From positions 1-50,234 of the forward strand of contig CAXTQD010000003.1 of assembly GCA_964246175.1 (NCBI GenBank): 50,234 nucleotides of DNA, in the 5' to 3' direction. Under the pieces are notes generated by a model, which was given only the letters and a program-made list of their open reading frames with translations, made no database searches and was not told where the DNA came from. Below are positions 1-10,734 of this stretch, piece by piece. Each line of letters starts with the position of its first letter. Position 1 is the stretch's first letter. The translations under genes and the position numbers were made by a program. This DNA is from an uncultured Chthoniobacterales bacterium (GTDB lineage Bacteria > Verrucomicrobiota > Verrucomicrobiia > Chthoniobacterales > SZAS-18).

Positions 1-881
1 GCGCTGATGCAGTTGTCCAGCACGCTGACGCTGCCGACTACCCATATAAAGAAGATCACCGACTTCTCCATAACATTAAAAAGTGCCTCCATGCCGACGG
101 CATCGACGCACACGTCGGCCCCGCGGCCCTCGGTGGCCTCGCGGATGTACTCGATGGGGTCAGTCGTGCTGGCGTTGACGACCTCCGCGCCGCTGATCTT
201 CTTCGCCAAGTCGAGTCGGTACTGCTCCACGTCTACGCCGATGACGCGCTTGGCCCCACGCAGCCACGCGCTCTTGAGCGACATGATGCCCACTGGGCCG
301 CAGCCGAACACGGCCACCGTCTCGCCGCCCTTCACACCCGCCCAGTCGATACCGCTGTATCCCGTAGGGAAGATGTCCGTGAGGAAAAGCACCTGCTCGT
401 CCGTGAGGCTGTCCGGCACCTTGCGCGGGCCGTAGTCAGCGTAGGGCACACGGACAAACTCCGCCTGCCCGCCGTTGTAGCCGCCGTAGAGATCCGTGTA
501 GCCGAAGAGCGCGCCGCCCTTTTGCGAAAGCATGTCACCCTCGGGGCCATAGTGGTCAGGATTCGAGTTCACGCAATGCCCGGGCAGGTCGTGGCCGCAG
601 AAAAAACAGCGGCCGCACGCGATGGGGAAGGGGACCACCACGCGGTCGCCCTTCTGGAGGTTGCCGACTTCCGAGCCGACTTCCTCGACGATGCCCATGA
701 ACTCGTGCCCGAGCGCCATCGGCCGGGTTTGCGGCAGGAAGCCGTTGTAGATGTGCAGGTCGCTGCCGCAGATCGCCGTGGACGTGACGCGGATGATGGC
801 GTCACGCTTTTCTTCGATCTTCGGATCGTCAATCGTCTCGACGCGAACGTCGCCGGGTTTGTGGAATACGAGGGCTTTCAT
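1..881 (-). CDS. Zn-dependent alcohol dehydrogenase, formaldehyde dehydrogenase-like (3' end outside window)
   Basis: Absent from the ORF track; read manually from ATG at 881: MKALVFHKPGDVRVETIDDPKIEEKRDAIIRVTSTAICGSDLHIYNG...GHEFMG...GCGPVG (catalytic Zn and NAD-binding motifs). Confidence 0.9.
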   Translation of the reverse strand, partial: MKALVFHKPGDVRVETIDDPKIEEKRDAIIRVTSTAICGSDLHIYNGFLPQTRPMALGHEFMGIVEEVGSEVGNLQKGDRVVVPFPIACGRCFFCGHDLPGHCVNSNPDHYGPEGDMLSQKGGALFGYTDLYGGYNGGQAEFVRVPYADYGPRKVPDSLTDEQVLFLTDIFPTGYSGIDWAGVKGGETVAVFGCGPVGIMSLKSAWLRGAKRVIGVDVEQYRLDLAKKISGAEVVNASTTDPIEYIREATEGRGADVCVDAVGMEALFNVMEKSVIFFIWVVGSVSVLDNCIS

Positions 882-1015
882 AGGCTGGTTGGTCTCAGTC
901 AGAATCGTCCGGTGAAGACCGGGGCGGCCGTGGGGAAATGTCGGTCTTTTCGGGGCTTGGCGTTGCCCCCGGGGCCGGTCTGTGTACTGTGCCGGGCGGT
1001 CCCCCGCCCGCGCCC

Positions 1016-2653
1016 ATGACCGAACACGGCTACCTCGCCCTCGTGCTGCACGCGCACCTGCCGTACGTGCATCATCCGGAGTATGCGGAGTTCCTGGAAG
1101 AGGACTGGTTCTTCGAGGCGATCACCGAGACGTACCTGCCGCTGTTGGCGGCGTTCGACCGGCTGGCGGGGGAAAAGGTGCCCTTCGCGCTGACGCTGAC
1201 ACTCACCCCGCCGCTGTGCGCCATGCTGCGCGACGACCTCCTGCGCGACCGCTACGTCCGCTACCTCGACCGTTCCCTCACGCTCGCCGAAAAGGAGATC
1301 GCCCGCACCGCCGGGCAGGGTCGCCTGGAAGAAAACGCCCACTTCTACCTCGGACGCCTGCGCGCCTGCCGCCAGCAGTACCTCGAACGCTGGCAGGGCG
1401 ACCTCGTGGCGGCGTTCCGCGGCTTCCAGGACGCGGGCTACCTGGAAATCATCACTTGCGCGGCGACCCACGGGCTGCTCCCGCTCATGGAGAACATCCC
1501 GCAAGCCGTCCGCGCGCAGATCGCCATCGCGTGCGACGACTACCGCGCGTGCTTCGGGCGCGACCCGCGCGGCATCTGGCTGCCGGAGTGCGCGTACGTC
1601 GCGGGCATCGACCAAGTCTTGCAGGAAGCGAACCTGCGCTGGTTCATCCTGGATTCGCACGGGCTGATGTACGGGCAGCCACGCCCGCGCCGGGCGATCT
1701 ACGCGCCGTGCTTCACGCCGGCGGGGCCGGCGGCGTTCGCGCGCGACCGGGAGTCGAGCCGGCAAGTGTGGAGCGCGCAGCACGGCTACCCGGGCGACCC
1801 GGCGTACCGGGATTTCTACCGCGACATCGGGTTCGAACTGACCTACCACGAACTCGAACCGGCGCTCGAATACGCCGCGCCGCGCAAGTTCACCGGGTTC
1901 AAGTACCACCGCATCACCGACCGCGCCGGCGAGGAAAAGGACCTCTACCACCGCCCCTGGGCGATGGCGGCGGTCGACGCGCACGCCGGGCACTTTATGG
2001 CGGAGCGTCGCGGGCAGATCGGCAGCCTACGCGAGGTCTTGGACGTCGATCCCATCGTCGTCGCGCCCTTCGACGCCGAGCTTTTCGGCCATTGGTGGTT
2101 CGAGGGGCCGGAGTGGCTGGAAATGTTCGTGCGCAAAGCCACGTACGACCAGCAGACTTTCGAGCTGACCACGCCCGGCCGCTATCTCGACACGCACCCG
2201 CGCCAGCAGATGGTCGCGCCCTCCGCGTCGAGTTGGGGGCAGAACGGCTACTGGGAAGTCTGGCTGCACGAGAGCAACTCGTGGATTTATCCTCACCTTC
2301 AGACCGCCGCCCGGCGGATGGTCGAGGTGGCGCAGGCGGAGGCAAACGGAGGTGGCTTCATCGAACGCGCCCGCCGCGTAGGCCGTGCGCCGGACCCCGA
2401 CGACGCCCTGCGCGACCGGCTCCTGCGCCAGATGGCGCGCGAACTCCTCCTGGCGCAATCCAGCGACTGGGCGTTCCTGATGAAGACGGGCACTGCCACC
2501 CACTACGCCGCCAAGCGCACGCGCGACCACATCCTGCGCTTCACGCGGCTCTACGAACAATGGAAGAGCGGTGCGCTCGACCTGGACTTCCTCGCCAACT
2601 GCGAGTGGCGCGATGCAATCTTCCCTGATCTTGACTGGAAGTATTATGTTTGA
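1016..2653 (+). CDS. GH57 family 1,4-alpha-glucan branching enzyme (DUF1957 domain)
   Basis: LVLHAHLPYV, ETYLPLL, GIWLPECAY (nucleophile), PFDAELFGHWWFEG (acid/base) and RELLLAQSSDWAF motifs. Confidence 0.92.
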   Translation: MTEHGYLALVLHAHLPYVHHPEYAEFLEEDWFFEAITETYLPLLAAFDRLAGEKVPFALTLTLTPPLCAMLRDDLLRDRYVRYLDRSLTLAEKEIARTAGQGRLEENAHFYLGRLRACRQQYLERWQGDLVAAFRGFQDAGYLEIITCAATHGLLPLMENIPQAVRAQIAIACDDYRACFGRDPRGIWLPECAYVAGIDQVLQEANLRWFILDSHGLMYGQPRPRRAIYAPCFTPAGPAAFARDRESSRQVWSAQHGYPGDPAYRDFYRDIGFELTYHELEPALEYAAPRKFTGFKYHRITDRAGEEKDLYHRPWAMAAVDAHAGHFMAERRGQIGSLREVLDVDPIVVAPFDAELFGHWWFEGPEWLEMFVRKATYDQQTFELTTPGRYLDTHPRQQMVAPSASSWGQNGYWEVWLHESNSWIYPHLQTAARRMVEVAQAEANGGGFIERARRVGRAPDPDDALRDRLLRQMARELLLAQSSDWAFLMKTGTATHYAAKRTRDHILRFTRLYEQWKSGALDLDFLANCEWRDAIFPDLDWKYYV

Positions 2654-4001
2654 AACGACGTTCGTGCGCCGCGCCTTGGCGGCGTGTCTGTGTTTTACCG
2701 TGCTCTGGGTAGGCCCCGCGTGGGGACAGGAAAACGCCAAGAAAAGCGGCGCGGTGCCGATCACGTTCGTGCCGCCGCCGTTGGATAATGCCACGTACAG
2801 CGTCGGCATCTACGAGGTAAAAACCGGCCGTCTCGCGCGCCGGCTGTGCGAGGCAGCCGGGCAGGACACCTTCAAGATTGGGCTCAACGGCCTGATCACC
2901 AGTTGGGACGGCAAGGACGACGACGGCAAGCCCCTGCCTCCCGGTCGGTACGCCGCCCGCGGCTTCGCGGTCGGCAAGATCGAAGTCGAGGGCGTGGACG
3001 TGCTCGGCAACGACTGGGCCGGCGACGACGAACGCCTGCGCCTGGCACGGGTGGACGCCATCGTGCTCGTGCCCGGCGACGGGGGCATCGCGGTCGCCGG
3101 ACACACGCCCTACGACCACTTGCAGGTTGCCCGTTACGGCGGCGACAAGGCGGCGTGCCTCTGGGTGAGCGACCGTGCGTTGCCCAAAGCCAAATCCGAA
3201 GATTTCTCACTGGCGCTGTCGGATGACGGCAAGTTCCTGCGCGCGAAGAGTGCTGGCAATTCGTTCTCCTTCCGGTTGGCGGATGGTGAACAGGCTGAAC
3301 CTCCTAAGTCCGACGGCTCGTGGATGAACCCAGAGCCTGGCGACGGTCAGAACGGCACACGGTGGAAAATCGAGGAGGGTGTCTTGTGCCAGTACGCTCC
3401 GGGCGGCGACCGGCTGCGCAGCCTCGCGCCGAAAGATGGGGAGCCGGTGCCGGTAGCGGTGGCGTCATCGCCCGACACGGACCGCATCTACCTGCTGGAA
3501 GAGGGGAAGAGCTGGCAGCGTGTGCGCGGCCTTGCCCCTGCCGATACCAAGGAGGAAGGCGGCAAAACAGTCTCGACGTGGCAGACGTTCTTCGAGCGCA
3601 ACATCGGCCCGGCCGATCCGGCGTTGGGCCGCACGGACGAACCTGCGGCGAAGGCTGCGTCTGCGCTGGTGGATGTCACCTTGGAGGAAAACCCGCTTTC
3701 CCCCGGCAAACACCCGCATGCCAAGTTCACCGCCACGACGGACGAGAAGGGCAGCTACCTCGCCACGGCCGACGGTCTGCGGCTGCGCCAAGTCAGCACG
3801 CGCGAACACCTACGTATCGCCAAGTTGACGAAGGACAAGGACGGCGGGGGATTGTCGTTGTTCCAGACGGATGGGGCGGCGTGGGACCAGTTTGCGATCC
3901 ACGGCGTGCGGAAGGTGATCGAGTTCGACGCCGGGGAGTTCGAGATCGACGCCGCCGGCGAAAAACCCGTCGCCGAAAAAGCGCCTGATCCCGAGGGTTG
4001 A
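2646..4001 (+). CDS. Exported hypothetical protein with FlgD Ig-like motif
   Basis: Signal-peptide-like N-terminus (RRALAACLCFTVLWVGPAWG); WDGKDDDGKPLPPGRY motif; overlaps the upstream stop. Confidence 0.7.
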   Translation: MFETTFVRRALAACLCFTVLWVGPAWGQENAKKSGAVPITFVPPPLDNATYSVGIYEVKTGRLARRLCEAAGQDTFKIGLNGLITSWDGKDDDGKPLPPGRYAARGFAVGKIEVEGVDVLGNDWAGDDERLRLARVDAIVLVPGDGGIAVAGHTPYDHLQVARYGGDKAACLWVSDRALPKAKSEDFSLALSDDGKFLRAKSAGNSFSFRLADGEQAEPPKSDGSWMNPEPGDGQNGTRWKIEEGVLCQYAPGGDRLRSLAPKDGEPVPVAVASSPDTDRIYLLEEGKSWQRVRGLAPADTKEEGGKTVSTWQTFFERNIGPADPALGRTDEPAAKAASALVDVTLEENPLSPGKHPHAKFTATTDEKGSYLATADGLRLRQVSTREHLRIAKLTKDKDGGGLSLFQTDGAAWDQFAIHGVRKVIEFDAGEFEIDAAGEKPVAEKAPDPEG

Positions 4002-4027
4002 AGCGCCGGCCTCTGAAGGCGTATAAT
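3998..4027 (+). promoter_or_regulatory. Putative sigma70 promoter
   Basis: TTGAAG-N18-TATAAT, 19 bp upstream of the ATG at 4047. Confidence 0.4.
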
Positions 4028-4046
4028 CCCTGCCCGAAGCACGCCG

Positions 4047-4589
4047 ATGACCCCGAAGAACATCGTTTATTTCGACCTCGAGACCCAGCGCACCGCCAAC
4101 GACGTGGGCGGCTGGGACAAGAAGCGCGACATGGGCATGAGCGTTGGTGTGACGTACTCCACCGGCACGGGGGAATATTCCATCTTCAGCGAAAAGACTG
4201 TGGACGGCCTCGTGGACCAGCTCCGGCGCGCCGACCTCGTGGTGGGCTTCAACATCCTGCACTTCGACTACGAGGTGCTCATGGGCTACACCGTGCTCGA
4301 CCTGCCCAGCCAACTCGCCACGCTCGACCTGCTGCTCGACATCGAGAAGAACATCGGCCACCGGCTCAAGCTCGAATCCATCGCCCAGGCCACGCTCGGC
4401 GTCGGCAAGACGGCCGAGGGGATCGACGCGATCAAGTGGTGGCGGCAGGGCAAACTCAAGGAAATCGCTGAATACTGCTGCTACGACGTGAAGGTGACCA
4501 AGCTTGTCCACGAGCACGGCCAGCAAAACGGCGAACTGTTTTACAACGACCGCTTTTCGAACAAGCAGAAGATGGCGGTCAAGTGGTAG
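4047..4589 (+). CDS. RNase H-like (DEDD, YprB/RNase_H_2-like) exonuclease domain protein
   Basis: [17 protein letters not shown] and YCCYDV acidic motifs. Confidence 0.8.
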   Translation: MTPKNIVYFDLETQRTANDVGGWDKKRDMGMSVGVTYSTGTGEYSIFSEKTVDGLVDQLRRADLVVGFNILHFDYEVLMGYTVLDLPSQLATLDLLLDIEKNIGHRLKLESIAQATLGVGKTAEGIDAIKWWRQGKLKEIAEYCCYDVKVTKLVHEHGQQNGELFYNDRFSNKQKMAVKW

Positions 4590-4608
4590 CAACTTCTCCC
4601 CTTCCTCT

Positions 4609-5493
4609 ATGAGCGGACCGCAGATCATCAGCGGCACGGCCATCGCCGAAAAAGTCCTGGTCGAACTTCATTCCGAGATTGCCGACCTCAAAGCTGCCGG
4701 CCGCATGCCGGGCTTGGCGGTGGTGCTGGTGGGCGACAACCCGGCGTCGCGCTCCTACGTGCGCGCAAAAGATCGCATGTGCCAGAAGATCGGCCTGCAT
4801 TCCGAGAAGCTCGAATTACCCGCCACTACCACGCAGGAAGAACTCCTCGCCGTCGTGGACCGCCTGAACCAAGACCCGGCCATCCACGGCATCCTCGTGC
4901 AGTCGCCGCCACCTAAACACATCGACGAGCAGGCGGTCATCCGCGCCATCAACCCGGCCAAGGACGTGGACGGCTTCCACCCCGTCAACGTCGGCAAGCT
5001 TGCCATCGGCGACCCGAGTGGGTTCGTGCCTTGTACGCCTTTGGGTTGCCAGCGGCTGCTGGTGGAAGCGGGCGTCGAGACAGAGGGGACACACGTCGTG
5101 ATGCTGGGACGTTCGATGCTGGTTGGCAAACCATTCGCGCTGTTGATGATGGGCAGGGGGAAGGGGGGCGATGCGACGGTGACGGTCGCGCATTCACGCA
5201 CCCGCGACCTGCGGGGAACGCTGCGGAGCGCCGACGTGCTCGTGGTCGCCATCGGCAAGGCGAATTTCGTGACGGCCGACGACGTGCGCGAGGGTGCGGT
5301 CGTGATCGACGTGGGCATTAACCAGCTCGACGACGCGACGAACCCGCGTGGCTACCGGCTGGTGGGCGACGTGGACTTCGTGGGCGTCTCCCCGAAGGCC
5401 GCCGCCATCACGCCCGTCCCCGGCGGGGTGGGGCCCATGACGATTGCGATGCTGATGGCGAACACGGTCAAGGCGTGCCGGCAGGGGCCGTGA
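4609..5493 (+). CDS. folD: Bifunctional methylenetetrahydrofolate dehydrogenase/cyclohydrolase
   Basis: [28 protein letters not shown] and [12 protein letters not shown] motifs. Confidence 0.97.
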   Translation: MSGPQIISGTAIAEKVLVELHSEIADLKAAGRMPGLAVVLVGDNPASRSYVRAKDRMCQKIGLHSEKLELPATTTQEELLAVVDRLNQDPAIHGILVQSPPPKHIDEQAVIRAINPAKDVDGFHPVNVGKLAIGDPSGFVPCTPLGCQRLLVEAGVETEGTHVVMLGRSMLVGKPFALLMMGRGKGGDATVTVAHSRTRDLRGTLRSADVLVVAIGKANFVTADDVREGAVVIDVGINQLDDATNPRGYRLVGDVDFVGVSPKAAAITPVPGGVGPMTIAMLMANTVKACRQGP

Positions 5494-5539
5494 GTGGCGT
5501 GCTGTACGGTTGGCGGCGGGTGTGCTACCTTGGCAGCCG

Positions 5540-6133
5540 ATGCCTTTGGCCCGACCTGCCTGCGAGCCACCGCTCTTTTCCGTCGCTGGTCCGAGCGACC
5601 AGGAACTTGCCCGCGTCCTACGCACCGCCGATCCTGGCCCGGCTTTGGCCGGCCCGTTGACGTTCCTGCCCGGCAGCCCGTGGCAAGCGTGGCGGGAACA
5701 GGTGCTCGTCCCGGTCCTTGCGCCGTCCCTGCTGCAAACCGCCACGCTCGCCGTGCGGGGTGGTGCGAAGGAAATCCGGGAGTTTGACCGCGAAATGGAC
5801 GCCGCCTTCTCGCCCGATGCCCGCACCCGCAGCCAGGCGGCCGGGCGGCGGTTGCTCGCCCGCCTGTGTGCCTCGCGCGGCGAACGTTGCCTGAGCAAGT
5901 TCCGGCAGTGGACCGCCGTGGACGAAATGCCCGCGCACTTCCCGACGATCCACGCCGTCCAGCACGCACTTTTTCACCTGCCGCTCCGGCTGCTGGTACC
6001 GGCCTACGCGTATTGGGAATGGTCGGCCGCAGGCGGGGATGCCAGGACGTTCGCCGGGAAAGCGGACGACCTCTGCCGGACCGCCCAATCTCTCCTGTCC
6101 GTTCATGTTGCCGCCGTTGCCAACGACCGTTAA
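5540..6133 (+). CDS. Hypothetical protein, weak resemblance to urease accessory UreF
   Basis: Fills the folD-clpS gap; the RSQAAGRRLL...PAHFPTIHAV pattern recalls UreF. Start uncertain. Confidence 0.45.
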   Translation: MPLARPACEPPLFSVAGPSDQELARVLRTADPGPALAGPLTFLPGSPWQAWREQVLVPVLAPSLLQTATLAVRGGAKEIREFDREMDAAFSPDARTRSQAAGRRLLARLCASRGERCLSKFRQWTAVDEMPAHFPTIHAVQHALFHLPLRLLVPAYAYWEWSAAGGDARTFAGKADDLCRTAQSLLSVHVAAVANDR

Positions 6134-6425
6134 AAACGCCACCGCCGCGCCGACCGTCGAGCAGGAAACCCGGACGGAAGCGGCAACGGACGTGCCGTGG
6201 AACGTCGTCGTCCACAACGATCCCATCACGACGATGAACTACGTTACGATGGTGTTCCAGAAGGTCTTCGGCTATCCGCGCGACAAGTCCGAGCAGCACA
6301 TGTGGGAGGTCCACCGGCAAGGGCGTTCGGTCCTGTGGAGCGGCGTGCGCGAGCGGGCCGAACTCTACGTCGAGCAACTCCACGGCTACCAGCTCCTCTC
6401 CACCCTGGAGCGCGCACTCGACTAA
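6105..6425 (+). CDS. clpS: ATP-dependent Clp protease adaptor ClpS
   Basis: WNVVVHNDPITTMNYVTMVFQKVFG...MWEVHRQGRS. Confidence 0.93.
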   Translation: MLPPLPTTVKNATAAPTVEQETRTEAATDVPWNVVVHNDPITTMNYVTMVFQKVFGYPRDKSEQHMWEVHRQGRSVLWSGVRERAELYVEQLHGYQLLSTLERALD

Positions 6426-6430
6426 AGGCG

Positions 6431-7000
6431 ATGAAGGTTTTCCGCAAAGGCAAGCGTTCGCCTGCCGTGGTCTTCGAGGAGATCGAGCCGTTCTTCATCG
6501 ACATCCTGCGCGGCCTGCCCGCCGACGCCGATCCGGGCGACCACCCGGCGGCGCGGGCGCGCCTCTTCAGCACGCCGATGACCGGGGCGGACGACGGCGA
6601 CGAGTTCGTGGACGATTGGCAGCGGCTGGTCGTGCCTGAGATCAAGGACCTGTTCCTGTCGGCGCGCGAGATTGTCACGGGCGACCTCGCCGCGCTGCCG
6701 ACTTCCGGCCTCCCGCCGACCGAGGCGGACTCAGCCGGCTACGGCGAGTTGTTCAACCCGGTGGCGTTCGTCCCGTCCGAGCACAGCCTCACCATCCCCG
6801 GCGACCACCTGGAAGCGTGGCTGCGCGTGCTCAACCAGGCGCGGCTCGTTCTCGGCGCACGCCGTGGCTTCGACGAAAAAGCCATGCACCGGGAGCGGCC
6901 ATTCCCGCCCTTCCACGCGCCGCACGAGCGCGACATGTTCAAGATCAATTTCTACGACGACATCCAGCAGCTCCTCATGCAGGAGATGGGCTACGGATGA
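6431..7000 (+). CDS. DUF2017-like protein
   Basis: PAARARLF and AWLRVLNQARLVLG motifs; directly after clpS, the usual position for DUF2017. Confidence 0.7.
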   Translation: MKVFRKGKRSPAVVFEEIEPFFIDILRGLPADADPGDHPAARARLFSTPMTGADDGDEFVDDWQRLVVPEIKDLFLSAREIVTGDLAALPTSGLPPTEADSAGYGELFNPVAFVPSEHSLTIPGDHLEAWLRVLNQARLVLGARRGFDEKAMHRERPFPPFHAPHERDMFKINFYDDIQQLLMQEMGYG

Positions 7001-7077
7001 ATGCTTGAACGTTAATGTAGTATTGTGTCGCCTTCGCGTCCGGCGGGGACGCGGGCCCCGTATCTTCCCTTCAAACT

Positions 7078-10000
7078 ATGTGGATTGTTCGCCTCGCGCT
7101 GCGCCGCCCGTACACTTTCGTGGTGATGGCTATGCTCATCTTCGGCCTGGGCATCCTGGCGTTCCTCACGATGTCCACGGACATCTTTCCGGAGATCAAC
7201 ATCCCGGTCGTCAGCGTCATCTGGACCTACACAGGCATCTCGCCCGACGACATGGAAAAGCGCGTCATCTACGTGTCCGAACGCGCCATGACCACGACGG
7301 TCAACGGCATCGAGCACATGGAAAGCCAGTCCATGAATGGCGTGGGCGTCATCAAGATTTACTTCCAGCCCAACGTCAAGATTGAGGAAGCCGTCGCCGA
7401 GGTCACCAGCATCCAGCAGACGATCCTACGCGTTCTGCCTCCCAACATCACGCCCCCGCTGATCATCCGCTACAGCGCCAGCAGCGTGCCGGTGCTCCAG
7501 ATCGCCGTCTCCAGCCAAACGCTCTCCGAACAGGAGCTTTACGACTACAACCTCAACTTCGTCCGCCAGCAGCTCGCCACCGTGCAAGGAGCCAGCGTGC
7601 CGCTGCCCTACGGCGGCAAGCCGCGCCAGATCATGGTGGACATCAACAACGAGGCCATGTACGCCCACGGCGTCTCGCCCCAGGATGTCACCAACGCGCT
7701 CAACGCCCAGAACCTGACCCTGCCCGCCGGCACGGTGAAGATCGACCAGCGCGAGTACCTCGTAAAACTCAACGGCAGCCCCGACGTGGTCAGCGGCTTC
7801 AACGATCTGCCGATCAAGGTCGTCAACGGCTCGACGGTCTACATGCGCGACGTGGCGCAGATCCACGACGGCTTCGCGGTCCAGACCAACATCGTGCGCA
7901 AGGACGGCCAGCGCGCCACGCTGCTGAGCGTGCTCAAGAGCGGCGGCGCGAGCACGGTGGACATCGTCAACCGCATCAAGGCTCGTCTGGAACAGATCCG
8001 CCCCGGGTTCCCGGCGGGCTTCGACGCTGAACAGCTTTTCGATCAATCCGTGTTCGTCACCGATGCCAAAGACGGCGTGCTCAAGGAGGCGCTCATCGCC
8101 GCGTGCCTGACGGCCGTGATGATCCTCGTCTTCCTCGGAAGCTGGCGCTCGACGCTCATCATCGCCGTGTCGATCCCGCTCTCCATCCTGGTGTCGCTGC
8201 TGCTGCTCGACGCGCTCGGCTACACGCTCAACGTGATGACGCTGGGCGGCCTGAGTCTCGCCGTCGGCATCCTCGTCGACGACGCGACGGTGGAGCTGGA
8301 GAACATCCACCGCAACCTAGGCATCGACAACAAACCGCTGACCAAGGCCGTGCTCGACGGCGCGCAGCAGATCGCCGTGCCGGCCTTCGTGGCGACCCTG
8401 TCCATCTGCATCGTGTTCGTGTCGGTGGTGTTCCTCAACGGGCCAGCGTTTTACCTGTTCGTGCCTCTGGCGCTGGCGGTGGTCTTCGCCATGATGACCA
8501 GCTACCTTCTTTCCCGTACGCTGGTGCCCGTCATGGTCCATTACCTCCTCGTACCGGAGGTTGAACTATACCGCGAGGAGGCCGCCTTGGAACACGCCCA
8601 CGCCGGTGGCGGCAACGGCTCAAACGGTGCGAACGGCGACAAGCCGGCGGGTCCCGTTGAGCACCAAAAGGAACTCTCGCTCTTGGGTGAATCCCGTGAC
8701 GACGGCAACGGCAACGGCGGTAACGGCCATGAGCCCGCCCATGCCTTCGAGCCACCGCGACAGTTGGCGTTGGGGCTGCCGGAGGTGAAGCGCAAGGAAG
8801 TCAACGGAAGTAAGAACGTTCACGAGAAAAGCGGCGTGGATCGCTACGACGAGAAACAAGAAGGCGCGCACAAGGATTGGGTCTGGAGGCTGCACGAGAA
8901 GTTCAACGGCGGCTTCGAGCGGTTCCGCGCCGGCTACGGGGCGATGCTCGGGTGGGCGCTGGAACGTCGCGGGCTGGCCATCATTTTTTTCGTGTGCTTG
9001 TTCGGGGTGTCGTTGTGCCTGATCCCGTTCATCGGGCGTGACTTCTTCCCGCAGGTGGACGCCGGGCAGTTCCGCTTGCACGTACGCACGCCGGCCGGGA
9101 CGCGCATCGAGGAGGCCGAGAAGGTCTTCGGGCAGGTGGAAGACTACATCCGCACGGTCGTGCCGGGCGAGGAACTGCGCCTGATGATTGACAACATCGG
9201 CCTGCCGGTCGGCGGTGTGAACCTCGCCTTCAGCGACAGCGCGACCATCGGCTCGACGGACGGCGAGATTCAGGTCGCCCTCAAACCAGGGCACAAGACT
9301 TCGGTGTTCGAGTTTACCAAGCGGCTCGGGCGTGAGTTGCCGACCAAGTTCCCTGGCATGGATTTCTACTTTCAGCCCGCCGACATCGTCAGCCAGATCC
9401 TTAACTTCGGCCTACCTGCGCCTATCGACGTGCAGGTCACCGGCCGGCGCGACGTGGACAAGAACTTCCAGATCGCCCACGAGATCGCCGGCAAGCTGCG
9501 CAAGGTGCCGGGCGCCGTGGATGTGAACGTCCATCAGCTCGTGGATGCCCCGCAGTTTGATCTGAACATGGACCGCGACCAGGCGATCCGGCTTGGCTTC
9601 ACCGCAAACGACGTGGCAAATTCACTCCTGATCTCCCTATCCTCCAGCGGTCAGACGGCGCGTAACTACTGGGTCAATCCAACCAACGGCGTTAACTACC
9701 TCGTCGCCGTGCAGACGCCGCAGTACGAAATCGACTCGCTCAACGCGATGAACAACACGCCGATCTCGCTTGCGGGTCAAACGGCGCAGTCGCAACTCCT
9801 GGCGAACATGTCCACCTTCAAGCGCGACATCGCCCCGGTGGTCATCAACCACTATAACCTCCAGCCGACCTTCGACGTGTACGTCAACAATCAGGACCGT
9901 GATCTCGGCGGCGTTTCGGGTGACGTGCAGAAGATCGTCCAGGAGTATGCTCCGAAGCAGCCGTGGTACAAGGAAATGGTGCCCGGTTGGGGGCGCAAGC

Positions 10001-10722
10001 TGCTGCCGGAAGCATGGTTCAAGTTGCCGCCTTCCAAACTGCCGAAGGCTTCGACTGTCGAGGTCCGCGGACAAGTGCAGAGCATGAACACGGCGTTTGA
10101 GCGCTTGGGACTGGGCATCATCTTTGCGGTGGCACTCGTGTACTTCCTGATGGTGGTCAACTTCCAGAGCTGGCTGGACCCGATGATCATCCTAACCGGC
10201 CTGCCCGGGGCATTCTCAGGCATCCTGTGGATGCTCTTCGCCACGAAGACGACCTTCAACGTGCCGAGCTTGATGGGCACGATCATGTGCATCGGCGTCG
10301 CCACGTCGAACTCCATCCTGCTCGTGACCTTCGCCAACGACCAGCGCCTCGAAAACGGTGCGGGCGCACTCGAAGCCGCGCTCTCCGCCGGTACGACGCG
10401 CCTGCGCCCGGTGCTGATGACGGCGCTCGCCATGATCCTCGGCATGATCCCGATGAGCCTCGGCCTCGGCGAGGGCGGCGAACAAAACGCCCCACTGGGC
10501 CGCGCGGTCATCGGTGGCATGCTGCTGGCGACGGCGACCACGCTGTTCTTCGTGCCGGTGCTCTACAGCATCCTGCGCAGCAAGCCCCTCGAACCCGTCA
10601 GCGCCGAGGACGCCGAACTCCTCTTCGAGAAGGACGAACCCGAGTACCAGATGGCGATGGCGCAAAAGGACGGTGACGGCCAAGGCGAACCCGCCCACGC
10701 CGGCAGCAACGGCCATCAGTAA
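7078..10722 (+). CDS. RND efflux transporter permease (AcrB/CusA family)
   Basis: GILVDDATVELENI, RLRPVLMTALA and APLGRAVIGG motifs; two-repeat 12-TM layout. Confidence 0.95.
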   Translation: MWIVRLALRRPYTFVVMAMLIFGLGILAFLTMSTDIFPEINIPVVSVIWTYTGISPDDMEKRVIYVSERAMTTTVNGIEHMESQSMNGVGVIKIYFQPNVKIEEAVAEVTSIQQTILRVLPPNITPPLIIRYSASSVPVLQIAVSSQTLSEQELYDYNLNFVRQQLATVQGASVPLPYGGKPRQIMVDINNEAMYAHGVSPQDVTNALNAQNLTLPAGTVKIDQREYLVKLNGSPDVVSGFNDLPIKVVNGSTVYMRDVAQIHDGFAVQTNIVRKDGQRATLLSVLKSGGASTVDIVNRIKARLEQIRPGFPAGFDAEQLFDQSVFVTDAKDGVLKEALIAACLTAVMILVFLGSWRSTLIIAVSIPLSILVSLLLLDALGYTLNVMTLGGLSLAVGILVDDATVELENIHRNLGIDNKPLTKAVLDGAQQIAVPAFVATLSICIVFVSVVFLNGPAFYLFVPLALAVVFAMMTSYLLSRTLVPVMVHYLLVPEVELYREEAALEHAHAGGGNGSNGANGDKPAGPVEHQKELSLLGESRDDGNGNGGNGHEPAHAFEPPRQLALGLPEVKRKEVNGSKNVHEKSGVDRYDEKQEGAHKDWVWRLHEKFNGGFERFRAGYGAMLGWALERRGLAIIFFVCLFGVSLCLIPFIGRDFFPQVDAGQFRLHVRTPAGTRIEEAEKVFGQVEDYIRTVVPGEELRLMIDNIGLPVGGVNLAFSDSATIGSTDGEIQVALKPGHKTSVFEFTKRLGRELPTKFPGMDFYFQPADIVSQILNFGLPAPIDVQVTGRRDVDKNFQIAHEIAGKLRKVPGAVDVNVHQLVDAPQFDLNMDRDQAIRLGFTANDVANSLLISLSSSGQTARNYWVNPTNGVNYLVAVQTPQYEIDSLNAMNNTPISLAGQTAQSQLLANMSTFKRDIAPVVINHYNLQPTFDVYVNNQDRDLGGVSGDVQKIVQEYAPKQPWYKEMVPGWGRKLLPEAWFKLPPSKLPKASTVEVRGQVQSMNTAFERLGLGIIFAVALVYFLMVVNFQSWLDPMIILTGLPGAFSGILWMLFATKTTFNVPSLMGTIMCIGVATSNSILLVTFANDQRLENGAGALEAALSAGTTRLRPVLMTALAMILGMIPMSLGLGEGGEQNAPLGRAVIGGMLLATATTLFFVPVLYSILRSKPLEPVSAEDAELLFEKDEPEYQMAMAQKDGDGQGEPAHAGSNGHQ

Positions 10723-10734
10723 AAGGACGCACCG

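Noticed and set aside
899-2809. Long antisense and alternate-frame ORFs here and across the window (e.g. 982-2628, 19173-20906, 39950-41530, 48503-49810)
   Set aside because: Shadow ORFs expected in high-GC DNA; they are Arg/Pro/Gly-rich and overlap well-supported genes.
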